Part shown: piece after piece, positions 11,035 to 23,956 of the stretch
Layout: each line of letters begins with the position of its first letter
Position numbering within the stretch: position 1 is the first letter of the stretch
NCBI RefSeq assembly: GCF_001194135.2
Contig: NC_068989.1
Span: 68,431,095 to 68,471,926, forward strand
DNA length: 40,832 nt
From: Octopus bimaculoides
Taxonomy: Eukaryota
Direction of reading: 5' to 3'
Program-made: the position numbers and the translations under genes
Notes under the pieces: generated by a model
What the model was told of the DNA's origin: nothing
The model's database searches: none
Seen by the model: the letters and a program-made list of their open reading frames with translations, nothing else

Positions 11035-11654
11035 ACATATACACTATAAGATACACACTAACCACTTAAACGTATATAATTGGATATCTATTGTTCAATA
11101 AATAAGAATGATAAGACTCCAATTATATATCAATAAGGTAACTGTTAACACTACAGAACTATTGTTTTCTGTGAGCAATAAAATATGAATTATATTATGG
11201 TTGTTTTCGATGTTTCTAATCTTTCGCCAACCATTGTCAAACTATTATTTTGTAACTATTTCTAAAACTGTTTTCAGAGATTTACTCGTTGTTTCTTTAT
11301 TAAGTATTCTTTTTCTTGTCTTGCAGGAACAGTTTAGTAATCAACAGGTCAATTATCATAATTCAAGTGGCTAATACAATTTTACATGTATTATGATATA
11401 TTGTTGGAAGTTAAATTCTTTTCCTTACTTTATAAATGGTGGGACAACTGATAGGAAGCTATAATACGAACTGATACGATATTCAGTAAAACAAGATGTT
11501 TGTTTTGATATAGGTACACATACACTTTAGAGATAGATTTTGTTAAGGTTATTTATACAGAAATTATAACCAGCACTGATTTTTTTTTCTACAACGTTTC
11601 GTAACGAGACACCAGATGTAAACAAAGACTGAAATCGAAGACAACAATGGGTAA

Positions 11655-11707
11655 CGAGTGTATATGTCATATTTCGGGCGGTGGGGGTTCCCCTTAATCA
11701 GAACCCA
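11655..11707 (-). ncRNA. Degenerate hammerhead-like motif (left arm)
   Basis: UGGGUU-CUGAUUA-A-GGGG..CCC-GAAA-UAUGACAUAU-A-CACUCG; G8 replaced by U. Confidence 0.4.
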
Positions 11708-11820
11708 TTTAACCAACTCTTTCTTCCGAACACAGCTTATATAGCCACCGCATACAGCGGTGTTAAGTTATTGGACATGCCAATTTACATATTAAACGCA
11801 TTCCTGTAGAGTGGGTTAAT

Positions 11821-11873
11821 TGGGTGCTGATGAATGGGCAACCTCCACCCCCGAAATATGACATATATACTCA
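11821..11873 (+). ncRNA. Type I minimal hammerhead ribozyme-like motif (right arm)
   Basis: UGGGUG/UACUCA 6-bp stem I with 2 wobbles; intact CUGAUGA and GAAA; GGG/CCC stem II; palindromic stem III AUAUG-A-CAUAU; AUA cleavage triplet. Confidence 0.6.
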
Positions 11874-12159
11874 TCATCCATTTTTGTCTCCCATCTCATT
11901 GTATGTTTACATCTGACATCTCGATACGAAACGTGCTGACTATAATTTCTGTAGAAATAACCTTAACAAAATAATGTAAAGAGCACTGCTAACAGAGTAG
12001 AACGTGGTGTTGACTCATAAAAACATTTAATATGTTTTATAGAATATTATCGTTGTATAACGAAATACGACGTGCCTACAAGTCATTAACATATAGAGAT
12101 TGAGGATCGTTCATATCGTCTCCAAGATTATTAACAGTAAAATCAAAATGACATATTAC

Positions 12160-12259
12160 TTTTTTTTCTAAGCCTCGTAAAAGAACTCCGAAGGTTGGGT
12201 CTCTAACCAGGACCATCGCGAGATCCTTAAAGCCAGAAACTTTTCAGCACTCCTTCGTA
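12160..12259 (-). mobile_element. Mariner-derived MITE end fragment
   Basis: Minus strand TA-CGAAGGAGTGCTGAAAAGTTTCTGGCTTT resembles a mariner TIR; single end only. Confidence 0.55.
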
Positions 12260-12719
12260 ACTATGTCTAATTGTCTTCTCTGTATCATCACAAATGTTCA
12301 TAGCAACAACAGTAATAATAATTAAAATTTCTAAAATCGTCACATTATCATTATTCATTTAGCTGTGAAGGAATATAGTCAATTACCTTGACATGGACTG
12401 GACTTCATTTACGAATCCCAGAAGGACAAAAATAAAATTGATTCTATGCGATAGGGGAACCTAGAATATAAAGGAACGTAATTAAATATAACAAACATTT
12501 TACCCAACGCTCTACGGAGTCTTCTAATCCACTGCTCTCACAAAATGTAATAACATAGCTTAACATTTCCACTGGTTCTAATCTAATAAATATATGAAGT
12601 ATATTCAGTTATCCCAACAGAGAATGTGAAAATAACTAGTTTGTGTAAAACAAATAAACGTAAAATCATGAAAATACCGAAAAATATTTTTAGTTACTTA
12701 ATAAGGAAGCATTGTTAAA

Positions 12720-12940
12720 GCGTCTAACAGAACGCTTTGCCCCATTTCTTCCGACTGTTTACGTTATGAGTTCAAACCCTACTGTTTACGTTATGAGTTC
12801 AAATCCTTTGCTTTCCTTCTATCTGATCGACAAATTAAATAACCAATCATGTACTGAAGCCGATGGTATTGATTAATCCACTCGCTTCGAAAGTGTTGGT
12901 TCGATACTTAAATCAGAAACAATTATTTTAAGCTATAAAA
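12720..12940 (+). mobile_element. Degenerate SINE with internal duplication
   Basis: GAGTTCAAA B-box duplicated (23-bp copies at 12754 and 12781); remnant AATTAAATAACCAA core. Confidence 0.5.
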
Positions 12941-13806
12941 TCAACAATAATTTGTTTGCAGAATGAAACTCAAAGTTCAAGAAACTTAATATTATTGAAA
13001 CATCTTCTGTTCATGTTTTACTGTTGCTCAGAAATATCATTCTCTTTGAAAAATGCTTTTATATTTTTATAATCTGAAAATATTTTCAATGTTTTATGGT
13101 GTTTCAGCATTAATTTATTTCGAAATATATTTGCACCTGTATTTCTTAAAATCAGTAATATGGTTGCGGATAAAATGCAATTCTTCGTATCAGTCATCTA
13201 CTTCATCTTTGCTTCAGATAGCTACTTAATCTTTCAACGAAACAGAATTAATCTATAATCTCTAGTATTATTGGTCTTCCCCAAATTCAAATCCATTTCA
13301 AATATTAACCAAATACTTCAATTGGACGCATAGAAGCAGTGTAGTGTTATGTAATCTGCTATCGAATCTAGTATGTAACATAAGATCGATTACTGATTGA
13401 ATTATTTCAGTCCACACACTAAGTTAACCTTTCATAGGGAATATCTTAGGGTTGAGATCCGCTTTACTGACTACATATGTATTGACATTCCATATAAAGA
13501 ACAAAGATGAAGTCTTGAGCTTTGAACTTTTAAAACTTATAGAACATTTTTCATGCCGTTTCACTCAAAACTTACTTCTTGTGTATGAAAATATGAATAT
13601 TAATGTACGTAGCCTAGCTCTGAGCTAATACCAATTTTCTTTGACTAATTATAAAGATATAACACTTTAAAAGCGAAAATAAGATTTTCTGATATGCCTG
13701 ATAAGCTTTTTGTTATGTTCACGTTCAATTCTGTTCTGACTTACCTGGGTTAGAAAAAGAATTGAAATAGTAGAAATGGTCGAACTACAAACTCCGTCTA
13801 GTTTCT

Positions 13807-13834
13807 GTTCTCTCTCTCTCTCTCTCTCTCTCTA

Positions 13835-13885
<51 letters not shown>

Positions 13886-13934
13886 TTCTCTCTCTCCCTC
13901 TCCCTCTCTCTCCCTCTATCTCTCTCCCTCTCTC

Positions 13935-13977
<43 letters not shown>

Positions 13978-14040
13978 TTATTTTCCGCTATGTATATTTA
14001 TATATGTGTGTATGTGTGTGTGTGTGCGTGTGCGTGTGTG
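13807..14040. repeat. (CT)n then (TG)n microsatellite block
   Basis: Read directly. Confidence 0.95.
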
Positions 14041-16012
14041 TCAGTTTAAAAACCGCCCTTTCATTAAGATTCTGATGTAATTATGTGCAAAATTCTGGAA
14101 TTGATTCAATGTATGGTTTTTGAATTTTTGAACAAGAGAAAACCTTTCACACAATGCCATAAGCAAGAGCAGAATGCAATTTTTTTGTCACTTTTTATAG
14201 TCTCTTTGACTGCATGGGAATTACTGTATTGTTGTACGTCAATAAACGGTAACAAATTATATTTCTAATCACCAAACGCCCCAGAAAGGAACACGAAATT
14301 AGTTTCCTAATAATATTTATAACAATAGAGACAGGAATTAAGGTTTGGTTAATACGACCATTACCGTTTTTGATGAGACACTTATAAAACTTCCAAGACC
14401 TCTTCTCACTTGATCCACAATCATAACGATCATTTTAAATTTCATTATAAATTTTACACAATCTAGTAACATTTTATTATAGCAGAAACTATATTTTTTC
14501 TTATTGTTCCATTTACCTTTCGGCAGTTTACTAAACAAATGTATTATATACGCGGTGCGACAAAAAAATCCCTCAGATACATCATTCTTGAGAAAATTTT
14601 AATACAACAAATGCACAATGTGCAGTAATTCAAACCATGATGGTAACTGAAAAAACATTAAAACATTGCTGTGTAAAATATGGGAGATTTATCTATAAGA
14701 CCTTGTATATACACTTTTAACAACAGAGGGAAATTTTTGGAAGTTTGCTGTTTTTGTTTTTTTTGTTTTTGTTTTTGTTTTTATTTTTTGTCATTACATT
14801 TTTATGTTATCATACTTTCAACATTATCTTTTTATGCTCGATTTCAGACACGGATACACTACTATACATGCATTTAACTACCCGCATCTCTTCTTTTCTT
14901 AACTCCCCCATAGGCCAGAATTTCCACCTGGTTTTTAACCCTACATCCGTGTTCTCTTTCTTCCACCCCCACCCCACCCCCCTCTCTCTCTAGTTCTTCT
15001 TCCTTTTTTTCACTCTCTGTACTTTACTCTAACGTCCGAAATGTTTTCAAATGCTTTCTCTTTGCTTTTGTATTTGTGCTGTCGTTTATTTATTACACAT
15101 GCCTACATTTTATCATTTAGACTCTATGTGAGCATTTATTACAATTTATACCTAATTCCAATATATATACATACACACATACATATATTATTTATAAGAG
15201 CATTTGTCAAGATGTTTTTGGTTATTGTAAATGTAGTTTAAACCATATCTAGAAATAGAGTGGTATAAAACCAGGAGGGAACAATTTTTCTACAATAAAA
15301 TATTGAAATATAATACATTTTCTTTATTGTTTCTGTAGGAAATTGCATATTTCTATCTACACTTGATTTCACACAAGTATCCAAATTTGCATAGAAAAAA
15401 ATATTGTCAGTTTAATGTTACAAATCAGGTGATACTGAAAGACGAATACCGGTGAGATCTTAGAACATAGAAAGAAGAAACTAAATATATATGATGTATT
15501 CACTTCGACGTTTTACCGTTTATACAAAGCCACCTCTCATAAAAATACAATTATGTTGAGTGTAGAAATTGGTGAAAACTGTGATGTAGAGCTGCCGATT
15601 AGTAATTTTTTTCTGTTCAAACTACCTGAAGTATTCTGAGATTGTGAGAGATTTAACAAAGTCTATAAATTACGTTATTGTATTAGAAAAAAGGGCTTCT
15701 TCTTGGAGAGTAACAAAAACTAATGGCTTTTTCTTTCTCTACCCTTAACTGGCCTAATACTTCGTAACCATAAACATGTTGGAAATTTACAAGAATGTAA
15801 TGAAATAGATAAACATATATTTATTCATGAATGTGTGTGTAAGTGTGTATGTATGATTGTGTATAGGTGTATATGTGTGCATGTGTGTGTGCGTGTGTGT
15901 TTGTTTAACTGCAAAAACACAGAAATTCACGAACTGATCAGTATATTATGCATTTCAAAAATTCTGTATATGAAACTAGATAATGAAGGTATAGAACGGT
16001 TGACGCAGACGG

Positions 16013-16016
16013 TAGT

Positions 16017-16075
<59 letters not shown>
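16013..16075. repeat. (GATA)n microsatellite
   Basis: Read directly. Confidence 0.95.
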
Positions 16076-16078
<3 letters not shown>

Positions 16079-17008
16079 GTCTATTATGCATCCATCTACC
16101 TCTCTATCTGTACACTCGCACACACATACACTCACGTACACATCACGTATAGGTGAAGAGACAATTGGTAAATTTGCTTAATTTCTAGATATTCTGTACT
16201 TCATACAGAATATGTACATGACAAACACTATACCAAATCTACACTCAACTTTTACACTAACAGATTATCACAATATAGATGTTTTACAACATTAATGTAA
16301 TTAATTAAGCAGTTTAAATCAGTTATTTGTTTTCCTCTGGCTTCACTTTTGATCGGTCATTTGTCAAAATATTTACTCGTTTCTCAATCTAAAACTGCTA
16401 TAACCAAATGTCCCAAGTAAGTTTGCTCTCTGAGGTATGTGTTAAAATTATTTTAATTTTATGGTAACTACTGAGCTTATTTAAATAATACAACCCTCAA
16501 CTATTCAAAGATCAAGCATTTTCTGTTATCTTCGTATATTTTGAATACACCTGAATGTGAAATGTGAATTTATGCACGTATCGAGTGAAAAGGTTTTCCT
16601 TTTCTTAGGATTAGGCTTGAGGAAGGGGCTATGTCCGTGACATTTGTAAATCCTCATAGACTGGTGTGACTGACGCGGTTAAAGTTCATCGTGAAACGGA
16701 ATGAGACAATTCGGCGAGGATTTTTGGGCGCATTCAACTAGTCTTGGAAATAGTACGTTTTTGCACTGGGTGCAAGTACACATATTCGCGCAGATAAATG
16801 CATATGCTGATAGAGAGAGTGTGAGAGATAGAAAAGGAGGTATAGAGGCATTACACATACATACAAATATAACTAGATGCTCACACACATAAACAGAGAG
16901 AGGGGTAGAACGAACGAAACATTAAAATGTTTGATATCAGATAAGTCAGCGTCGAATCAACACCGCCACAGAGGTTGCACCAAAATAATTGTGCCACTAT
17001 GTCTCGTA

Positions 17009-17235
17009 CATTCATTCATTCACTCATTCGGTTCTTATTGTGCCTTGTGGCACTTGAGGCGACAGCAAGATCATTCCACCTTCTAACACTGAAAGCGTCC
17101 TTGACAGCTTGTTCCATTGTTAACCTTCTGCTTTCAAGATCTTTTGTTAGTGTTCTCCGCCACATTTGCTTTGATTGTCCACATCTTCTTTTACCCGGTG
17201 GAATCCATTCCAAAGCAATCCTATGCCTTCATAGA
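17009..17235 (-). mobile_element. RTE-clade LINE 3' fragment
   Basis: RIALEWIPPGKRRCGQSKQMWRRTLTKDLESRRLTMEQAVKDAFSVRRWNDLAVASSATRH resembles the RTE C-terminal WxPxGKRxxGRPKxxWRR motif; ends in a (GAAT)n tail. Confidence 0.85.
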
Positions 17236-18727
17236 ATTATACTAACCAATGCTAACAGGAAAACCATGTGCAACGATGGAGTTTAAAGATGGGGTGAATG
17301 TTCTGGAAAGGAAGAACTAGTTGCAGCGGTTAATGTAGTGGGGAACTGTTAGGTAAACACAATATGGGTAACGAGATGAGTCGAAAGTGCCTGAGTTGTG
17401 GTGGAACATTTCTATCTAGATCCTAGGGGGGAAACAGTCACAGTAGTAACAGTAGAAAAGGCAGATAGAGAAGAAAGCGCGTCTGTAAGCTGACAGTTGG
17501 AATGTTTTGATGTACGACTTTTGCTAATCAGTCGAGTGCCGCTTTCTTCGGTGCGTTCAATGTCTGTGTGTGTATTCTTATGTATGTTTGTGAACGTGTG
17601 CGTGTGTGTGTGTGTATGTGTGTGTGTGCCCACGTATGTGTGTGGGTATGTGTAGCAGCCACACCGTTACTATTGCGACAGTTAATATGTGAGACATATA
17701 GACAACAAAAGGAAATAACATATTATGAGCCGATGTGGAATAAATATTGTATAGATAGATATAAAATTAGGAATAGGAGGGCATTATTACTGATGAAGAA
17801 CACCTAAAATACTAGTGTATAGACTAGTGGTGTTGCCTGCATAAATGTAAGAATGCAGTACTTTTTATGAAAAACACCCGTGAACAAGGTCCGAATGCTC
17901 AATACGTAACCTGTTACAATTATGTGCCTTTTATTTATTTTATGACATTTTATGATTTCATGCTCTGGCTCAATATCAGCCAGGAGTCGCTCCGTTATAG
18001 AGATATGAAATGTGTAAGAAAATGACAAATGTATAAATAAATATATCTAAAAATTTGCAATTCATTTCTAAATGTGGTGACTACAGCGAAGACTTCCACA
18101 TCTATTTATTTCCAGTCTCTTGACACTGCTATCTACAATTATAACATAAACTTCAATATGTAAAGACAGACAATATTCTATCAATGCTGGCTTGTTTTCT
18201 AGATGACATATGACGTATTATATTCATTCTTCCACGGCAGAGGAGAGTTTATCTCGACACTATGAACTACCAGTCTCCTTGTTAATTCCTATATAATTTG
18301 ACGTATTCCCAATGCGATCCTTTGTTTTTACGTGACACTATTGTTGACAATGGATATAGGAGGAGTTCAATTCCTGGAGAAGAAGACAATATCAATGATC
18401 AGACACTTTAACGATGATAAATGCACGCCTCTCCAGCCGATTGGCCTACTCGTGACCATCGCTACTCATCTCTAGTTATGAATGAACACATGGAAGAGTA
18501 TAGCTTTTAATTTTTTAAACTTGTTATAAATTTACGTATTTGCTAAATTCCGATTGGTTAAAAATATTAACCGCCTATCTTTTCCATTGTTTTTATAGTA
18601 AATTATAGCTTATCAAAATTTGACTGTCGAGCATTAATGTATCAGTGAGGTATGGTTAACAATATGTATATTAACTCCTTTATTTACAATATGTACCAGT
18701 TCCAAACGACGACTACTACAACTATTT

Positions 18728-18862
18728 GTTCTCTTTCTTCCTCTTCTTCATCTTCTTCCTCCTCCTCTTCTTCTTCTTTTTCTTCTTCTTCTTCTTCTTC
18801 TTCTTCTTCTTCTTCTTCTTCTTCTTCTTCTTCTACTACTACTACTACTACTACTACTACTA
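18728..18862. repeat. (TTC)n/(TAC)n trinucleotide block
   Basis: Read directly; explains the poly-S/poly-T ORF. Confidence 0.95.
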
Positions 18863-20456
18863 TATCTTTCCGAAGATTTTAAAGATTTAAAAGTCTTACT
18901 TTGGCTCAATTACAAACTAACAGGTGATATTTAATCGATTGATGAAAGACATAAAACAGCTAGATGTGTGCAGTTGACCCGTGTAAATATGTCAAAAATA
19001 ACTGGCAAAAGTATAATATTATCAATTAGATATATAAGTTTACGTCGCCAGGTTTTACAAAGTCATTTACATACCTGTGTTGTTTTGGTATGTGAACAAA
19101 AGTGAGAGTAAAAGTAATCAGAAAGTATGGTAATAATAGTGAAAGAAAGAAAGGTAGCAATAGGAAATGAAGTGTTTCTAGAATAGGTACCATGCCTGAA
19201 ACTTGGGAGAAGGAATTAGACGAAACCATAAGCTCCAATATTTGATTGGTACATTATCTTATCAAGCCAGGAGAAATGAGAGGCAAAGTTAACCTCTATG
19301 GGGCTTGAACTCAGAACGTAAAGCGTCGGAAGAAATGACATTGTGTATTCAATGCGACATGTTAACGATTCTTCCAATCCAAGGGAAAGGAATAACTGAT
19401 TGAAGCAGAATAAAAACGAAGAGGAATATCAGAATGGAAGAGGAAGATTAGAAGACAAGCAACAGTTGATTACGTGAAATAATTCTTGCTTTTCATTGCT
19501 ACCATGAAAAATGTACTATAGATTCATTTGACATAAACTCATCAGGATGCCTTCAGTATTTTTTAGGCTTAAACTAACGTCGTAGTCATAACTTTAGTTT
19601 GAGTTTACTTGTTCAATATGTACAATTTGAAGTAGATCGAAGTGAATAGATATGCACTACCGAGATATTCTTAACAGACGCTCATGTGGTTCGAGCTCTC
19701 ACGTTAATAAATTTTTGTGTAAATTTGTTAGCGTAAATGTATTTGTAAGTCTCCAGATACGTCAGTTCGGAGTTCATAGTGCATAAACGTACCAACAACG
19801 TGTAAATCCATTGAATCTGCCTATATATACGTAATTTATTGGCCAAAGAAATCACGTGAAATAATGTTGATAAAGAAGATAAAAGAGATACACTAAACTA
19901 TACAAAAATATATTTAACTAATTTTTTTTTTCAATATTCATGAATTGTGTAACTTTTAAGGGAAGTAGAAATACACAAGTTTCTCTTATATTTTCTGAAA
20001 GATTTCGTTAACCGTTACAAGTTGATTTCACTCGAGAACTGTCAGCTTGCAGTTTAGCTTTCTCAAGATCGAGAGCATTTGTAATGGATGTTAAAATATT
20101 TATAGGAAAGGGAAATTGAAATTCTTGCAATTCGCGCTGTAAATAGATACAGTCCATCTTTACCAGAAGAGATAAGCGAAGCAGCTATCAAATTAGTATC
20201 CAAACTCATCTATATTATAACTTTTGGACAAGACCTAAAATAAATTATGCATTGTTTAAGATTTCCGGTTCATAACTATCCATCATTGTCTATTCCTATA
20301 GCTCTAACTATGATCTAATTCCCACATAAATTCTTGACTTTTTTTTTCTTTTTGCTGATATCATATTAAGATGCGATACCGGACATTTTACAAAGGCCCA
20401 AATTAACGCTTCCTTCAAACTACCATTATCATTAGTATTAATATTATTATTATTGA

Positions 20457-20870
20457 AGGCGGTGAGTTGGCAGAATCGCTAGCCCGCTGGATGAAATGCT
20501 TAGCGGTATTTCGCCCATCGCAACGTCCTGAGTTCAAATTCAGCCGAGGTCGACTTTGCTTTTCATCTTTTCAGGGCCGATACATTAAGCACCAGTGAAA
20601 CACTGGGGTCGATGTAAACGACTTTTCCCCTCCTCCACAAAAAAGTGACTGCCCTTCTGGCAAAATCTGAAACCATTATTATAATTTTAAAAAAGCAGCG
20701 AACAGCCAGAATCGTTGGCACGCTGGACGAAATGCTAAGCAGTATTTCGCCCATAGTTAAGTTCTGAGTTCAAATTTCACCAGGGTCGACTTTGCCATTC
20801 ATCCTTTCGGGGTTCATAAATTAAGAACCAGTTGCGTACTGGGATCAATGCAATCAGCTGGTTCCCTAAC
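20457..20870 (+). mobile_element. Two tandem family-A-like SINE copies
   Basis: Heads at ~20457 and ~20693, each with GAGTTCAAATT B-box and GTCGACTTTGC..TCATCCTTTC core. Confidence 0.8.
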
Positions 20871-20959
20871 CTCATTGTATGTGACACATTGTACCAGAGG
20901 TTTCAAAGTGTTTAGTTAAAAATAAATTAATTAAATAATCTATACGTCAAATTGAATAG

Positions 20960-21082
20960 ATCCGAAATGGACAAAGAGCAAAGTCGACCTCCGCGGAATT
21001 TGAACTCAAGAATGTAAACACAGACAAAGTACCATTAAGCATTTCGTCCGTCGCGCTAACGTCTCTGCCAGCTCGCCGCCTT
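20960..21082 (-). mobile_element. Family-A SINE, 3'-truncated
   Basis: Reverse complement of AAGGCGGCGAGCTGGCAGAG head, B-box and GTCGACTTTG. Confidence 0.75.
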
Positions 21083-21837
21083 GTAACGTTAAGCATTAAT
21101 TTTAGCAATATATTCTTTATTATTCTTATTGCTAAGCATTACTTCCTTGCTCTCTTACTTACTGACACGAAATTCCGTGGCATTTCACCCCATAACTTTT
21201 CTTCTACTAATTTTTGTTCAATGCGACTAACGCCTCTAAATTCCACATACATTTTTCTATCATTTAATCCTAAAAGTATACTTTTATTTTAAAATTAAAA
21301 AGTTTATGTTAATTTAAGGGGAATAGGTGCTTTACTACCCCCCCCCCTTTAGGTCGCAAATATTTTGATGTAAACTTTTTTCTCCTAAACCAAATTTCAA
21401 ACTATTTATGTCAATGTGTAGCTGAGGATGTGTCCTCTTTAAAGCTGTTAATAGTTTGCAATTTAGTTGAAAACTGAATTAGTGGTGAAGCTTGGAAGTT
21501 GCTGCGATTGACGAAATGGTGGACTTAAGAATATGTTCAACCACTACCGTGGTTGAATGATATCTCTCAAGCTTTTTTATTTTGGTTTTGCAATAATAAA
21601 TAAATATGCTAAAGATTCTTTCTCTTCACTATAAATGTAATTTTAATTAGTTATAATATTTTGGTTCGCAACAATGGATACTTAAGCCTTCAAAATTGCA
21701 GAGTCGTTAGATGGTCGCATTGGGTCACAATATTGGTTTTGACTGTCTGAGCTCTGACTTCTAGTATCCCTGGGATCAATTTTGTCTTTCAAGGATCGAA
21801 AAATAAAGTACCAGTACTAGAATCGATTTTTTTCTCT

Positions 21838-21863
21838 GCTTCTCTCTCTCTCTCCCTTTCTTT

Positions 21864-21927
<64 letters not shown>

Positions 21928-21942
21928 TTCTCTCTCACTCTC
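21838..21942. repeat. (CT)n microsatellite
   Basis: Read directly. Confidence 0.95.
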
Positions 21943-23072
21943 TAATGAGAACTAATCAATAAACAAACAGAAGATACGCATAATTTATATTTAACTATAT
22001 TCCATCCTTATCCGAAATGTACAGAATGGTTTGAAAATTTTCAGTGAGTGCCACACAATAGAAAATAATGTAATTAGTATTTTTATTGCTTATTTGATCC
22101 CAATTATGCTTCTAAACTCTCAACATCTTAATTATCTGATGTCAATAAGTCTAAACATAATATATGTTACTCATAAATATTAAACCAAACCTAATATACT
22201 ACTGATAATGAATACTAGTGTATACTATTGACTACGATTAAACATACAGTACACCCGCCAACGAGGGCGACTCTATGTGGTCGCTCGAATTGCTAGAAAT
22301 AACAGCAAAGTCACACTCAAATCTCACTGTAGAGTCTTGGAAGAAAAATACTTGTAGGATAGTGTAATCCAAGATAACATCTGTAATTTATGATAGCTTC
22401 TCGCCGTCTCCACCACCGTCGGCTATTGCAATCTGACTGGTTCGGTTTTATAGTCCTTAGATGTTTTGCGTCCAGTAAACTATGCATTTATTTTCCAATA
22501 ACTGCGTCTCTGTTTCCGTCTCTGCACTCTGTCTAGATCACAAAATAATGGTCTGTGTGGTCGAGTAGCTGCAAATGTAGACAATTACGCCATCTTATAA
22601 GTATTTCAAGTACGATCTGGACGACTTGGTATCATTTACCCAGTCCAAGCTAAGACTGGCGATGCTCAGGAAGCACCAACAGTATCATCTATAGTCTTCA
22701 CCTCTGCTATTCTTGTTGCTGCTGCTGCATCAGCTGCAGTCTGCTATCCTCTTTCTTGTTTCTTGTTTTGAAAGCATAAGACACTCAAGAGACCTTTACC
22801 GCTATAAGTATAGCAATTGAACCAATTTTCTTGTACACCCAGAATTGGTCCTTTTTCACACATTCAATGAAGAACAGTTCTACGATAGTCTTGTAATCTT
22901 TCTCAATCATTGGAACGTGAAGGTCCATATTCCGCTTGATTACTTGTTCCTATGTGTTACATCCTTGTTGTTGTGTCACATCCACATTCGCTACATTCCT
23001 GTATTCATGTATAAAAGTTACGACAACCATACATCTGGTCGTCACGTTAGTTTACAATATATCTGGTCGTCA

Positions 23073-23286
23073 AGGCGGCGAGCTGGCAGAAACGTTAGCA
23101 CGCCGGGCGAAATGCTTAGTGGTATTTCGTCTGTCTTTGCGTTCTGAGTTCAAATTCTGCTGAGGTCGACTTTGCCTTTCATCCTTTCGGGACCGATAAA
23201 TTAAGTACCAGTTGCGTCCTGGGGTCGATTTAATCGACTGACCCCCTCCCCAAAATATTTCGGGTCTTGTGCCTAGAGTAGAAAAG
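23073..23286 (+). mobile_element. Full-length family-A SINE with ~16-17-bp TSD
   Basis: AGGCGGCGAGCTGGCAGAAACGTTAGCACGCCGGG...GTAGAAAAG; TSD AATATATCTG(G/A)TCGTCA at 23056-23072 and 23287-23303. Confidence 0.9.
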
Positions 23287-23545
23287 AATATATCTGATCG
23301 TCATCTTAGTTTTCCTGAAACCTATATACTGGGAAACTAGCTGATGGGTCGGCGTATGACGTATTAGTCCTACCTATCTTCAAATCGCGCTTTCGTTCCT
23401 AAACACAGGCTTCAATATGCCATTACTCGTTTGATGAAAGCATATGGTAGCGTGTACCAGGTTGTTCGCATCCTGTAATATATTGATCAAATTTTCCCTC
23501 AGCTCCTCTTTCGAGGGAATGTTGACTTCTCCGTTATTATTATTA

Positions 23546-23616
<71 letters not shown>

Positions 23617-23922
23617 GAGTGAGAGAGTAGTGCATGCCATCAAAGTGATACTAGGGTAAAATATACGAAGCCCAGTATACCCATCATGACTACCCGTCTG
23701 ATAAGGGTACACTAGACACATGCATCACAACCATATGTGCGCATCATGGTGATCTCATATCAAGATAAACAGTGCATTACCTTGCAGGTGGGGACCCAGT
23801 TATAATTTTCTTCAGGTCCTTGAATAAGGGTTGTTTAAGGATGTTGAACGAAACACCCATATTTCCAGAGGTGAATTATTCAAACCCCAAAGAATTCCTC
23901 TCAAGACATGGGCATTATGCTC
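23617..23922 (-). mobile_element. (TAA)n-embedded retroposon fragment, probably Dong/R4-clade 3' region
   Basis: Homologous to 25010-25295; flanked by (ATT)n at 23534-23616 and 23923-23956. Clade inferred from target type only. Confidence 0.6.

Positions 23923-23956
<34 letters not shown>

Larger units (their letters stand above)
11537..11972. mobile_element. Foldback element with long inverted arms, each carrying a hammerhead-like motif
   Basis: Arms 11537-11720 and 11808-11972 align as inverted repeats (~80% by eye, ~19-bp extra in left arm); 87-bp spacer. Confidence 0.8.

Noticed and set aside
14548-14706. Possible TA-flanked Tc1-like MITE
   Set aside because: The putative TIRs match only about 16 of 26 bases.
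21315-21660. TTAA-GGGG start resembling a Kolobok-type end
   Set aside because: No matching opposite terminus found.
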